Assembly (NCBI RefSeq): GCF_009914755.1
Contig: NC_060925.1
Length of the DNA: 64,000 nucleotides
Reading direction: 5' to 3' (one strand)
Origin: the human T2T-CHM13v2.0 reference genome, Homo sapiens
Part shown: positions 16,012 to 29,689 of the stretch, one piece after another
Position numbering within the stretch: position 1 is the first letter of the stretch
How the letters are laid out: every line of letters starts with the position of its first letter
The notes under the pieces: model-generated
Databases searched by the model: none
What the model saw: only the letters and a program-made list of their open reading frames with translations
Told to the model about the DNA's origin: nothing
Translations under genes and position numbers: made by a program

Positions 16012-18769
16012 CACAGGGCCTTGGGGGCCCAGCCAGGGAACTCGGGCTTCACCCTGAAGAACAGGAGAATGCCCTCAAGACTGCAGGCACTGGTGCAGCG
16101 TGGCCAGATGTGTTTCAGAGAGAGAACTCTGGCAGCAGGCTGTATTCATCTCAGTGCCCTCAGTTTCTGGATGAAGAAACTGTGGACTTGAGTGGGGCCG
16201 TCATTTGCCCGAGGTCAAGTGGCTGGGTGGTATCCATCCCTAGCTTCTGTCCCAGGGCTCCTTTTACCACACCCTGCTACCATCCCGAAAGCTCTCACTG
16301 CATTACCTCAATATTCCACAAACGCAACAAAGGCTCTTCTAGGTGAGTCTGCACAAACAAGTAGGGCAACTCTCAGGCCAGAGGCCTGGGAAGGCCTTAA
16401 CCTGACTGCACTTCGGTTTTCTCCATGGAAAACTGGGAAATCGATATGAAACCTAGAGTTCCCGTGCAAGTCAAACGAAGAATGCACGCACAGCTTCAGC
16501 TCACTGACTTGCAGATGGTAAGCCCTCAAAGGACAACCGACTAGCATCACTCACGCAAGCATACTGGAGTGTCTTCCATGTGCTATTCTGGAAATTAAGA
16601 GCAGAATGAGGAAAAGGGAGCTGAAGTCGACCAGGCTCAAGATAGAATGTCCCCCATGAGAAGGAGGTGGGGTCTCAGCCCACTGGCCTACAAAGTAAGG
16701 AGGTTCAGTGAGCATGAGTAGAGGCATGATGTTTTGAGTACTGCTTGATTGCCTGGAGATAAAAACTGAAAGCTGGTTGGAAGAAGGGCTGGAAAATAGG
16801 ATGCACTCTGCTCAACCCTGCCCTTCCAAAGCTTCAGGACTGGAAAATGAATAGGTCTACCAGACCTCAAAGGCTGCAGGTGGGAAGTGGGAGGGGCACA
16901 GTGGTGGCCCCGCTTCCAGCCTTTCCATGTCATTTATGACACCACTGTACAAGAAGGATCTGGCTTCTCACAAGTCTCCACAATTTCTCTTGTCCCTTCC
17001 TGGCTGCTGGGACAGGCTGACCAGGCAGGAGAAAGGAAGACACAGAATCAGGCAGTAAACAGGGCTGACAAGGACTAAAGACACCTGTGGATTTGAGGCA
17101 TCAGAGATTCATCGCAGCACTGCTGGTGAAGTTTTGTAGCACGGGGAAGCAGAGGCTTCAGTGGGTTGAGGTGCAGGAGAGGTGAACAGCCATGGCCAAT
17201 AGCCACCAGCACAGACAATGGCTAGCCTTCTCTGATGTGTGCCCACCACACATCAGAACTTTTTGGGAGTTCTTGGGCCAGGAGGCAATCCCCTCCGGGA
17301 TCTAGGATATAGCTCATTCTTACTGCCACATCTGATAATGCACCTGGCCACATAAACTCAAGATGACACCTATCAAATACCATGTGAAAATGCCCAAAGT
17401 CAAGCAGGAACATGGGATCTACATTATGTATGCTAAAGAGATGTAGGAAGCAAGATCCTCCCCTGCAGGAAGGACAAAAGAAAAGGAAAAAAAAAAAGGG
17501 AATACCCACTCTCTCCTCTCCAAGCAACAACTCACCTGTCTCCCTACCCCCCAACCCCGGCACCTCAACCAACCAACCTAGGTTCAAGCAAAACCATCCA
17601 TCCACTTATGCGTCAGGTGTTAAGTCAGCTGGCATTACCAGGTGGCCTTTGAAAGTCCCAACACAGCACCCAACATAAAACAGGAACCCATACAATCACT
17701 GGTTGCCCTCAAACTGCCCCAGGCACTTACAGGGGGGCTGGGAATAAAAAGCCGTAATTGTCCCAGGACAAAACTGACAAATAATAACTCGTACTCCATG
17801 GGTTTCGTTCACTGAACTCTGACCTATGATTTTCAAGGGAACTCAGGAGGAGACTCCAAACTTCCAGAACAAAGACAAGGCAGAAGAACCTTTTTGAGTT
17901 ATTTGGAACTTCCTGGGGTGAGGAGAGGTACAGGGCCCTTCAATCTCCCACTTCCCAGCTCACAGAACCAATGGACAGCCCTTAAGCAAGTCAATGAAGC
18001 TCCCAGAGCATTTGACTACTCTTCAGTGGGGAAAGAAAAAAAATTTAAGCCCCCAAATTCTGCTTCCAGGGCTTAATCAGTGTTGTAAAGGCCAGAAGAT
18101 GCACAAGATAACAGATACTTTTACCATAAGTGGGGAGAAAAGTAAACTACTCCAGGAAACAGAGGCAAGATCTCTGCTCTCAGGCCTCTCGAATCCCAAG
18201 ACCCCTCCAGCAGGTGGGGCTGGGAGTCAGGCCCTGGAAACCAGTTCCTCCAGCAGGGCAGGACGCCAGGCGTCCTGCTGGAAGGAGGCTCCCCATCTTC
18301 CTGGGAGGAGGTGTTGCTCCAGCCTCCTGTCCTGGCCTGCTCATCAGACCCTGTCCCAACAGGCAGGTAAGGACTGCTCTTGGCCTCACCTCACCACGCT
18401 ATCTGCCTTCAGGCAAGTGAAGGAAGGGCCGAGAGAAGGCCAGCAGATGTGTGGGTGGATGCGGGTGCTTGGGGGCAAAGCTCAGCCTTGGATTGCAAAA
18501 GCCTGGATTCCAATGACAGCTGAATTCCCACCTATCTGGAGGTGGAAAGGACTGACCCAGAAGGAGCAGAGGAAGGCTCTGCCCCAGAGACTGTCTGACT
18601 CTAACCCAAAAGTGAGGCTGCAAAGACTGGGTTGTGGTAGAGGGAGATAGGAACTAGCAAAAAAGACGGTCTTCCTTTTTCAAGCTAGCACAGGCCCACC
18701 TGAGCAGGATGTACAAGCAGAATGCAGCAGGTATCCTATGTGTCCCCCCAGAGAAGATTAACTGAGTAT

Positions 18770-18981
18770 CATTTATAGAATGCCAGCATCGCACTAAGTA
18801 TTATCCTAAGCATTTTACAAGAATTATCTCATTTAATCCTCAAGCATCCTTGAAGAATGTGTTTTATCCCCATTTTATAGGTGCGGAATTAAGGAGCCCA
18901 GAGGTTAAGCGTGTTGCCTGCGTTCCTGAGGTTAGTGAGCAAGGAATGCTGGCATTTCAAACCCAGGTTTGTCAGGCTCCA
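18770..18981 (-). mobile_element. MIR, near full-length
   Basis: TTATCTCATTTAATCCTC...ATCCCCATTTTATAG...AGAGGTTAAG...TTCAAACCCAGG. Confidence 0.8.
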
Positions 18982-21900
18982 ACCAGCTCCTGGACAGGAT
19001 CTTCTTCCAAAAGGAGAAAGCCTTCCGGCCACAGAAATCAGAAGTGGGGATGGACTCTTTCGACAGTCTTCAGGGCTGCAGACAAAGCCCCTTTACAACA
19101 AAATCCCTCTTGGCAATCAGAAAAGTCAGGCAAGGGGTTGGTCCCTTCCAGACAGTCCTTGGCACAGCCCCAGCATGAGGCTCGGCTTCTGTGCCATCGA
19201 GAAGCCGGCTGCATTCTCTGCAGCTCTTCCTGACGACAGTCCCCACCCCCACACCCCTACAGAACACTTCACTCAGTGACCCCATAGGCCAGAGCAGGAT
19301 AAAGTACAGCAGCCCCTTAAGACTGACATCCATCCTGGGGACACTCCCTCGAAAGCCTGGAAGGCTGCAGATCTACCCTCCCACGCAGCAACCCATCACC
19401 AAGGCTGGAGAGGCCGAGGAGAGAAGGCCAGCCTGATTTACAGAATTTACCAAATGGGTCCGTTTTTCACCCCGTTCCAGTTCCTTTTGGGAAAACTCCA
19501 GGTTTTTAGGAGTAGATTAATGGCAGGGAGTTAATGGGGTGGTGATATATCCTGCTTGAAATTTTTTGAAAAGTTCTGCGTCAAGGCATCCAGTGGCCCC
19601 GCTGTGATTTAGTACGCTGGCCCCTGAGAACAGGCAGGTCCAATATGTCGGTAAATCTGCTAAACGAGGTGGTTTCTGGAGGGTGGTTTTCAAGATACAC
19701 GGCCTGACATGTTGCCAAACTTCCCGGCTAGCTGAGCCCCAAATGTGAAGACAATGGGAGGGAGCCAGGCAGAAAGCCGCTCTGCTCTACCAAGAGGAGA
19801 AGGCACAGCCTGCAGCAGCCAGCACTGGGGAGCAGAGAGCTGGACCTATGTTCTCTGGCTTTCTGCTTTGGCGGGAGAATGGGGTCTAAGAATAAACAAA
19901 CTAAGAGAGTAGAGCCAAAAGGGAACTTTGATATCATCTACTGCAGTTCCATTTTATAAACGGAAAAATGGAGCAGCCGAGCATCTGGGCCCAGGACCTC
20001 ATCCCAGCACGAGTCACTCCAGCACTGAGCGCCCAGTGCCTTTCGGTATTGTAGCTCCATTTCTGCCCACTCCTCTAAATCCCAGCCAGACCCCACAGCC
20101 TAGCTGCCCCTTTCTCTGAGAACCATGTTAACCAACAAGATGATTTGTGAGCCTCTGATCTCACTAGGAAAAGGCAGGAACAGAATCTTACTTCTCTAGG
20201 CCCAAGCATCATGGGATTCACCAGCTCTTCTGGATCTACAGACGTGGCTGAATGAATGAAGACAGGAGTGGAAGGTGGGAAAAAGGTCAGACATGCCATA
20301 CCAAAGCTTTCCAAGGGCCAAGGCTTTAAGATGCAATACATCCAATCACAATCAGCCCTCCCAAGATGAAATACTCCCTTATTTTGTAACTCCTGCTGAT
20401 GTAAAATTCTGTATCAGATTACGACACCATCATTCCCCATTACCTTTGCTGGGGGATTCAATTATTGGATTAATTTATAATCTGCCTTCCTGGTTGTTTT
20501 TTTGCCTATTGCTCTCTTTATACTAAAATCACATGTAAGTAGAACTTAATCAAACAGTTCGAAAAGGATTTTGAATTTGTCTCGACTGCCGATGTCAATT
20601 CATTAGAGGCGCTACTGTTTTTCTCTGGTTTCCTCCACACTCCTCTCCTTATTTTGAAATCCCTAGAACCAAACCTCTTATCTGCGGACTTAACACAGTG
20701 GCAAAGATAATCAAAGGGAAAATCCTGCTTGACATCAGGGGATTGTACTCTCGGGTGGATTTCACAGGCAGCTCCCCCCCGCCACCCCCCACCCAGCAGC
20801 CTGTCACACCTTCATGTGATGGCTTAGTGAGCACCGGCCAGAGGCAGGCACAGGGGCCGAGGTATAGGAGCAGGTTCCTTTTAGCAGGGATGGCGGTGCT
20901 GATGGCAGCAGCAGCCGCAGCTCAAACTCTCAAATCTCCCTCCTGGAGCTCAGGGTAATCTGATGATCGCAGTGGGTAATTAGAGTCTCTTATCAAAACA
21001 ATTAGCGGATGAATGAACAGCCAGTCCCATCTCTGACACAACTGCACAAGGCGCAGCAACAAGAGGGGGAGGCAGAAGCAGGGGAAATGACGAATTCCAG
21101 CCCCCACCGTCATGCCCATTCCGGGGGACACCGGAACTCCAGCCTCACCTCCAGCTTCTCCAGCATCTGCCCGGAATACCCTCCCGCATCCCTTCCTCTT
21201 TGCAGCCAGGTCAGCCTCCTTTTCCTTCCAAGCCTGGTTTGGTATCTCCTCCAACTCTGCAGATACCAGCTCCTCTGTGCAGAAAGGTCCTGCCAGTCAA
21301 GCTGCTTCTCTGCCCCAAGCTTATTCTATTTAGCCACCAGGCTGGGACACCCTGGGCAGGACTCAAAGCTCTTCCTTGACGCAGCTCCTGGCACTGGGAA
21401 AGGGCTCCATAAATGTTTGTGGCACACACACGCGAGCCAGGCCTGCCTTTCTCCCTCATGGCCGACCCCAGAGCATTCTGACTCTAATAACTGTTTCATG
21501 GGAATACCCAGGCCGTTCCACCCATTGCCCTTGTCTGCAATTTCATTAGCTAATGTTTAAAATTCAAAGCTCTTCCATCATTTCCGTGTCTCCCCATCTG
21601 TAAACAGGCCTGTGGGTCTGATACCATTTGTTTCCACCACTGAAAATACACAAGGATTAGCCAGAAAGCCCTGTGGAAACATAATCCTAAGTAGCGCAGG
21701 CCATAAGGCAGGAACAATTTACAAGAGCCCAGAGTTGGTCCTCCTGTTTGGTTTGTGGACCTAGGAAACGGGGCCAAGGAGAAGGTGGTGGTGGTGGTGG
21801 GTGGGGGGTGCCCAAGATGTTTCTGGGGATTTCAAGGACAGGCAACGCCAGGGCAGAGCCGGGCCTCCTGGTTTCTAAGCAGTAACTCAGGCACTTGGGA

Positions 21901-22042
21901 TTAGGGGTGCCTCATCTTGGGCCCAGCCTCTCTAGGATCTTACCCCAGTGCCACACCCAAAAGTGACACATTCTGGGGTGCTCTGAGGGTGCAGAATGCC
22001 CTTCTCCCGCTTCCTAATGCTCAACAGGAAAGAGAGGGAAAA

Positions 22043-22098
22043 GGAAGGAAGGAAGGAAGGAAGGAAGGAAGGAAGGAAGGAAGGAAGGAAGGAAGGAA
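22043..22098 (+). repeat. (GGAA)14 perfect microsatellite
   Basis: 14 uninterrupted GGAA units counted directly. Confidence 0.97.
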
Positions 22099-22281
22099 AA
22101 CAACAACAAGAACAACAACAAAAAACCCCCCAAAAAAACAGGTAAGGGCCAAGGCAGAGTTCTCCATCTGCTTTTGTTTTCCATCACGTTCCTTTCAAGG
22201 CCTGGGATCTGCTAAGCCCCGGGAAAGCCATGGCATCATCTGTCCACTTCCCCCTCTGCAATCTGCCGCCCTGCCTGCTCC

Positions 22282-22297
22282 TGACAGCCATCAATCA
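22282..22297 (-). promoter_or_regulatory. Composite PBX-HOX (TGATTGATGG) plus MEIS/PREP (TGACAG) motif
   Basis: + strand TGACAGCCATCAATCA; reverse TGATTGATGGCTGTCA. Motif match only, no binding data. Confidence 0.5.
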
Positions 22298-25200
22298 CTC
22301 TGTAATGTGCTGACCTCAAGGCTCAGGGGACAGAATTTTCAAGTCAAATGTAGCCGTTAACATAAATAAAGCATCGCCCTGGATTTCTTTCTTTCTTTCC
22401 CTTTCTCTCTCTCTTTTTTAATGATTCTGCAGCTGCTGCTGGGGACTCGGTAGGCAACAAAAGTGAGGGCAGACAGGCATAGTGGAAAGGCAATTCTACT
22501 TTTCTGAGTCATAACAATTATGACGTTATAATAAGAAACATTTTCTATGAATTTTTAAGTACGAGTTATCCTGTTCTGCAACTGTCCCCAGGGAAAAGGA
22601 CAACAGATTCAACAGGACTGTGGGCTACACTCATCTGTCCAGAGCCAGGCAGACCCCTGGGTCCTGTCCCCTCCCCCATCCCAGGCACGCTCTAGCTGGG
22701 GCTCACTCTGCATCTTAAATAAAGCAGTTGTCCTTTAAGCACATTTACATGCAAACGACTTCCATATACCAAATATAGTTCCGTAAGCCAGCGTTTATTT
22801 TTAAACACGAAGAAGAGTCTCCCATAATAAAGCTCATGATAAATGTTATGATCCTCAAAATGGTTGATAGGGAAGAGGACGGGCGACTCTAGGGAGTGGG
22901 AGGGAGAATGAGGGCTTGTACCCTGGAGTCACTCCACAGCCGTCTTGACCTCGTACCCAGGCAGATCACATGCAGGGCGGCACTCCTCATCTCCCATCCT
23001 CTCTCCTTGCAAGCAACAGGGCCCGCAGCGAACAATGAGTCAGAGGCAAGGACCACATCGTCCAGTGTGTTCACAACAAGGAACACACGCACGACCCTGC
23101 CTGAGCGAGGTGTTCATGTGCTGAAATCAGGACTGCTGAGTCGCCAGCACGACCCACCTGAGGCAGGAGGCTGAGGTGACCAAAAGCTTCTGGTCAGAAG
23201 AACTACCTGGCAGGGCTCTGGTCCTGGCTCTACTGCTGATCTGCTGTGTGACCTTGGCCAAGTCACCACCCTCTCTGGGCCTCCAGGTCCTTGTCTACAT
23301 ACTTGCAGAGGCTAGCCCAGGCCTCACCATGTGTGACTGCCTCATCACACCAGCAATCCCAGCAGCTCTCGCTCAGGCTCCATGCTGCCTTGTCCACCAG
23401 AGTTTCTGAGTTCCTGAATCAGCCTAACAGTGTTTTGACATCTTCACTCACATCTTGAAAAACGCTGGGGTTCCTCCAGTTCCTTCTGGGAGAAGCAGCT
23501 ACAGCCATGTTGCCAAGGCGCCTTTATAAAAAGCCATCACACAATGACAACCCCACAGACTGATTCCCTCTCCAGTGGCATCTCCCTTACCTGTAACCCA
23601 ATACCTACCGGGACCTTAAAGAAGCTGAGAAGGGGCCACTACCCCAACCTTGGAAATGAAGCTCTGGCCACAGGCACTGCATCAGGAACGCACCAGGCCC
23701 TACTTCCTCCACATGACGGTGGAACGGGGAGCCAGTGCTTGCCTGTCCAGGAGGGCAGGGGCTGGCGTGTGCATTCTCCTCCTCTTCGTCTCTGGCTAGT
23801 GGGTTTTTGTGGGAAATGAGAAGGATGCCCCTGAAGGGTACCTAGATCCTGCCTGTTTTGCAAAGTTCCAAATAATATTCTAGAAACTCTGTATGGCTTT
23901 CTTGACTAGCCTCAAAACAGAGAAAAGAAATGCATCTCCTGGACTTCTGGAAGGAAGGGGGTTTGAGTCTATTCCCCTGCCCCCACCCAAACTCAGCTCA
24001 TAGAAGAGGTGGATAGACCATCAAAGGCAGGGAGGGAGGCAAACAGCCTGTGACCCTGAGGATGAATGATATACTTTTTTTAAAGGGCTGTTCAAGGCAG
24101 ACACATTAAGAAGGCTGCACATTTATCTTTCTGACATTTTAAAATATGCTGCAAAAAGCTGAATCTTAAATCAAGGTGCATTTTTAAAGGCATGTTAGAT
24201 CAGGGACAAAACCTCTTCCTTTCTTCCTTCAAGGAGCATGCCTGCTGTGAAGCAAGGATTACTGCATGTGACAGTCCCAGCCTCCTGCACAATCAATACT
24301 GATTGTGTACTGGGAGGAGGCAGGATGGCCTGCCAGGCTGGGGCTTGCAACAACAAGAGGGCCCACTGTCAGGCCTCTGCCACCTGCCTGTGCTTGGTCC
24401 AGGGCCCCAGGCTACAGGGGAGGTGAGCAAGCCTCAAGGAGACTATAGGCTCTGCAAGGGTCACCAGAAAAGGACATTTTCCTGATCTAATTCAGGGATC
24501 TCCCTCCCCATCAACTGTTCCAAGTTACACAATCACAGGCAGGGAGCCCCCAGCTTCTTGGGAATCTGGATGCCATGGCAGCAAATGTTCAATACAAAAC
24601 AGCGGCCCAGCCGCTCCCCTCCCTGAGAAATGGGGGAGGGGACAAGCCTGGTTGGCTGTCCTTCTCACCCCACAATTCATCTTGGGCTGCTAGGGCTGGA
24701 GTACGGAGGGGAGAGGAACACTGGACTGCTTTTGGGTAGATTTTGGTCAATACCCAGTAGCTGGAAGGAGAGCTTCCAACATAACACCAAGGAGACCACG
24801 CATCCCAGACTTTGCACGTTCACACCTGGCGCCCCACCATACTGATGAATAGCACTGCCTGGTTATAAAAGTATCCTGGTTGGGATATTATATGGTCCCC
24901 TAATACATACACACAAGAGCCTTGAGCCCAAGAACAAAACGGACCTGCATGGATCCCCCGCACAGGCAGCCCCCAAAGCAGAGAAGGCAGGCCTGAAAAT
25001 CAACCTGAGCCAGAAGGAAATCTGGGCCAAACTGAAAAAAACGCAAACATCAATCAACGTGATTACCACCAGCAAGGAGGGAGGACCAGCCCAAAGGGCA
25101 CTGGTTCCGGGCACATGAGGACTGCTGGTGACCAAGAGGGAGGCATGAATGGCTTCCCTTAACAGAGGCTCAAGTAGTGGTTCAGGGAGGAGCAAATACT

Positions 25201-26849
25201 GTGCCCAGGGAGTCACCTGGCCTGGCCCCCTACACCTCCACGGCCATCCATTCCCATTTTATTCATCCTTATGGCTATACCAAGTTCTTTCTGGCATTGA
25301 GTGTAAAATTCTACTATGAATCCACCGCCTAGCAGTCCCTGGGGGCAAACCAGAGCAAGGGCGACCGCTTTGTTCACAGGAGTCCCTCCCCACCACCAGT
25401 ACACCCTAGGTTCCTCATGCACATCCCTCTGATGGAGGTACCCAGCACTGTCTGCCTGTCACCTGCAAGGTGAGGACACGGGCTCTACCTGCTGACACAG
25501 CCCAAATCTCAACGCTCCAACCTTGTGCAGTCAAAAAAAAATCCCTTTCAGAGCCTAACTCTCAAGGACACAACCAGCCCAGAAATCTCCCAGGACAGGA
25601 TCCCACCCACGTCAAAACCAGGCAGCAAAGAGACACCCTTAACAGATCGCCAACGCAGGCCACCCTGAAGTCCGTGCTACCTCCTGAGCACACCACCGTG
25701 GGTGCAGATCACTGCTCCTGGTGCCAGGGAGCAGGGATCCCCCAATGCATGATTCGGCAGAGCCTGGAAGTAATGAAGAAATGGCTAATGACAGCCACTG
25801 AAGGCACTGTTAAATGGCTTATTACATTTTGTAAAGAAAAATACATCAACATCCATCATTGCAAACACTTTAGTACACAGAAAGCCCTTCAAAATTTCCT
25901 TCTTCTAAGTAGAAATAAAGGTTTATACATGTGTATGCCACATAAACATATGCCCCGATATAATAACCTCCGCATGTAACGTCCTCTATATAGAAAGAAG
26001 CACAGGTATATGCCTGGCTGGAGAGACAAAGGCGCATTGTCTGGACACAGTCACTCAGTATTACAGAAGTGTGTGCATGCACACACACACTCCCTCAGAC
26101 CAGATGCCCAACCACTTCCAGATGCTACAGTCTCGGATATCCTTGGTTAAGGAAGAGGAAGAAAAAGCTCGCCCTTCACGTCCAGATACTTGGGTTCGGG
26201 TTACATGAAACAGGATTAGTTCAGAAAATCGTGCCACTTCACAGCCAAGACAAAAACCCAAGAATGAAAACCATGTATACAGCCAACACAATAGCAAGAC
26301 TGAAGACAGTGACAAAGAGAGTTTTCTGGTTCTGCTCTGATGCCTCTCCCTCCACACCACACCTGTGATCTACTGTGCATAGGATCTCACAGGCCCAATA
26401 ACAGAGCTGGAGTTCCTCTTACGTGACACAGGATTTGGCATTTGCCTGTGCCGGGCTATCACTCCTGCCCTGCAACACGCTGGTCAGCTGGAGAAGCCTG
26501 CTGCTCACACACTCACCAGCAACTTCTCTACCCTGGATGGTCACCAAAAAGGAAGAGCAATGTCTGTGCCCCCAGCATTGGTGCAAAGGAAGTGGCAGAG
26601 AAGCAACAAGGAGGGTGGTGCCTTGCCCCAACTGCCCGCCAGCACCCACAGCCAAGGCAACTGTTCTCTGGTGAAGGCAGAGCTGGAAATGCATGCCTGA
26701 GCCTCCTAACACAGGGTCTTTCCCACCAGTCCATGTCATCTGCCCTTCCCAACAGCTTCCAACAACAGGTCAGTGTGGCTCTTGCTCCCTTTCATGAAAA
26801 TCACCAGCCACAGACCTGTGCAGGGCTGCAAGGTCACTGGAGGTTATCA

Positions 26850-26980
26850 AGTCCGAATCATCTTATCTCCCAGATGAGAAACCAGGGCTCAGAAAGGTTG
26901 AAGGACTTGCCCAAGGTCGCACAGCTCCTAAGTGAAGGGCTGAGAGTGGATTCCAGGCTGCCTAGCCAAAGCCTGTGAGC
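26850..26980 (-). mobile_element. MIR (MIR3-like)
   Basis: CAGATGAGAAACCAGGGCTCAGAAAGGTTGAAGGACTTGCCCAAGGTCGCACAGC. Confidence 0.75.
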
Positions 26981-27736
26981 CTTCCCCTCAGTTCCAGCTG
27001 TTGCTATTAGCTCCCAGGAGGCAAGGGGGGTGGCAAATAGAATAATCAGATACTGGCAACCAAGGAAGGTGGCAGGAGCAGTAGGTGAAAGGACTCCCAC
27101 ATGGCAGTCACAGATACACGCATCAGCCCTGCAGGAGAGGCAGCAACAGTAAGTGAGATGCAAGGAAACTAAAAGTGGAGCAGGGAGCTGCTGGGAGGGG
27201 TGGGAGTGTGGAGAGGATGATGTGGGATCTGGAGCCAGGAGACCTGAGTCTAGTCCCAGCCACCTTGAATGCCTCAGCCAGGTCAAGCTGCCCATCTGGC
27301 TGCATTGTTTCATCTGTAAATGAAAGGGCTGGGCAGAAGAGATCATCTTTCCAAACCCCCCTGGCCCCAGTCACTAGGGCCTGACTATAGCTTTGGCCCA
27401 CATTTGCTAGCTATGTGGCCTCTAAGAAGTCACTTCACCTTCCTGTGCCTCCACTCCCTAACCAGAGCCAAGGAAGTGACACGCTCCCAGGGGTCCTTGA
27501 CAAGAGCTCCAAAAAGGCCACATAAGCCTAAGGCATCCCTCTGTCTGCCCTGGCTTAGGGAGAAAGATAAAAAAAACGGACTTGCTCCCTTGTCCCACAG
27601 CCAAAGCTGCCACTCAACAAGGGCCCTGAGAGGGCGTCAAGCGCATCAGAGAGTCAGATTCAGTGCCCACAGGGGACCAGAGGGGACAAGTAAAGTGTGT
27701 CACTGCTGGCACTCGGGTCAGGAGGGGAGTAAGCAA

Positions 27737-27780
27737 ACATGCACGCACACACACGCGCGAGCACACACACACGCGTGCGC
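27737..27780. repeat. Alternating purine-pyrimidine (CA/CG) tract
   Basis: ACATGCACGCACACACACGCGCG-A-GCACACACACACGCGTGCGC. Confidence 0.85.
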
Positions 27781-28317
27781 CTCCTCCCACGCAGCATTGT
27801 TCCCCTGTGTCACTGTCAGCAGTTCTGCTGCGCTTGACAACCAGGGCTTCCTAATAGGGCCAGGCTGGACCTGGCAAACACCTGGTCACTTCCCCTCCTG
27901 TGGTCCGCAGGGACCATCACCACTGAACACACCACTGCTTGGGGGTGGGGAATGTCCAGGAAAGCTGACCTTGTCCTCAACAAAGCCCTGGGAGCCAGCC
28001 AGCTACGTGGGTGTGCCTGGAGACCTTGCATACCCCACAGAATACGGAAAGGATTTTCATAACCTCATAGACTCTCGGGAGAGAAGATGGTCTCCTGCAT
28101 CCTCCCGCCTCCTCTGCCTATTCCTGGCCATTTGGTGTGCAGAGTCAGGAGAGCAGATGCCTCTCCCATTTATACAGCCATGCTCAGGCTGTAGCTCTGC
28201 CCTGGATCCAAACAGGACAGCCATCATCCTGCCAAAAAACACCGTCAGATTTCTCACCACCCCAACCCACCTGACTCTCCGTAAGGCTGCATGGCCTGGT
28301 AATTAAAAACTTCAACA

Positions 28318-28410
28318 GGCCAGGCATGGTGGCCCACGCCTGTAAATCCCAGCACTTTGGGAGGCTGAGGGAACATAGTGAGACCCCGTTTCTACATAAC
28401 AAAACCAAAA
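28318..28410 (+). mobile_element. Internally deleted Alu left monomer
   Basis: GGCCAGGCATGGTGGCCCACGCCTGT...GGGAGGCTGAGG joined to AACATAGTGAGACCCC. Confidence 0.75.
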
Positions 28411-28419
28411 TCAAAGAAC

Positions 28420-28600
28420 TCCAAGACAGGCTATCTGGGTTTAAATCCCAGCTCTGCCACGTATAAGCTGTATCATCTTGGGCAACTGACTTACCCTCTC
28501 TGTGTCTCAGTTTTCTCATCTGTAAAACAGAGATAATAATGGAGGTGATACATGTAACTGTTTAGAATGGTGCCTGGTACACAGTGAGGGCCATATAAAA
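28420..28600 (+). mobile_element. MIR
   Basis: GGGTTTAAATCCCAGCTCTGCCAC...CTCAGTTTTCTCATCTGTAAAA...GTGCCTGGTACACAGT. Confidence 0.85.
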
Positions 28601-28609
28601 GTCAAATGT

Positions 28610-28898
28610 AGCCAGGCACAGAGCCTTGCACCTGTAATCCCAGCTTCTACGGCAGCTGAGGCAAGAGGATCACCTGAGCCCAGGAGTTTGAGACCAGCCT
28701 GGGCAACAAAGCAAGATCCTATCTATATAAAGTATTTTAAAACTAGGCAGGCATGGTGATGTGTTGTCTGCTACTCAGAGACTGAGATGGAAGGATCACT
28801 TGAGCCCAGGAGTTTGAGGCTGCAGTGAGTTCTAATCATACCACTGCACTCCAGCTTGGGAGACAGAGCAAGACCCTCTCTCAAAAATAAATAAAATA
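28610..28898 (+). mobile_element. AluJ
   Basis: GGATCACCTGAGCCCAGGAGTTTGAG in both arms; outer TSD-like AAGTCAAATGT / AAGTCAGATGT (about 29226). Confidence 0.85.
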
Positions 28899-29228
<330 letters not shown>

Positions 29229-29689
29229 TCAGATGTTATAAAGACTCTGCCAGCAAGCTAAATGCTGTCATTTCCTTCAGTGTTTCTCCATTCCAAATCT
29301 CTACCATCTACGGACCCACTCATTAGCTCCAAATGGCACAGGCTCTGAGTCTGACCTGGATTACAGTTGGTCCCGCCACTTTCTTGCAGTTTAACATTGG
29401 TCAAGTAACTTAACCTCTCCAAGCCAGGGTCTCCTCTTCCAAAATAGGAGGATCATATGACCTACCTCAAAGGATGGTTTTAAGAATGGAAGAATAATGC
29501 ATGTAAAGTACCTAGCTATTAGGATGAATTATTAACAATAACAACATCATCTTTCTCCTTGCGGACATGATACCTGTGCAGTGAGCCTGTATTACTCTCT
29601 TTCAGTGATGGCCAACTGCTGCCACACAGAGCCGACTGGCAGCTACATTCAAGGGCCACTTTCTCACTTGCCGTTCAAATGAATCTTCT

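Noticed and set aside
17994-18650. 218 aa + strand ORF
   Set aside because: No recognisable homology; composition typical of random intronic translation.
27320-28306. Longest ORF (328 aa, + strand)
   Set aside because: Runs through MIR fragments and a CA/CG repeat, has no recognisable domain or exon structure, and is consistent with a chance frame in GC-rich DNA.
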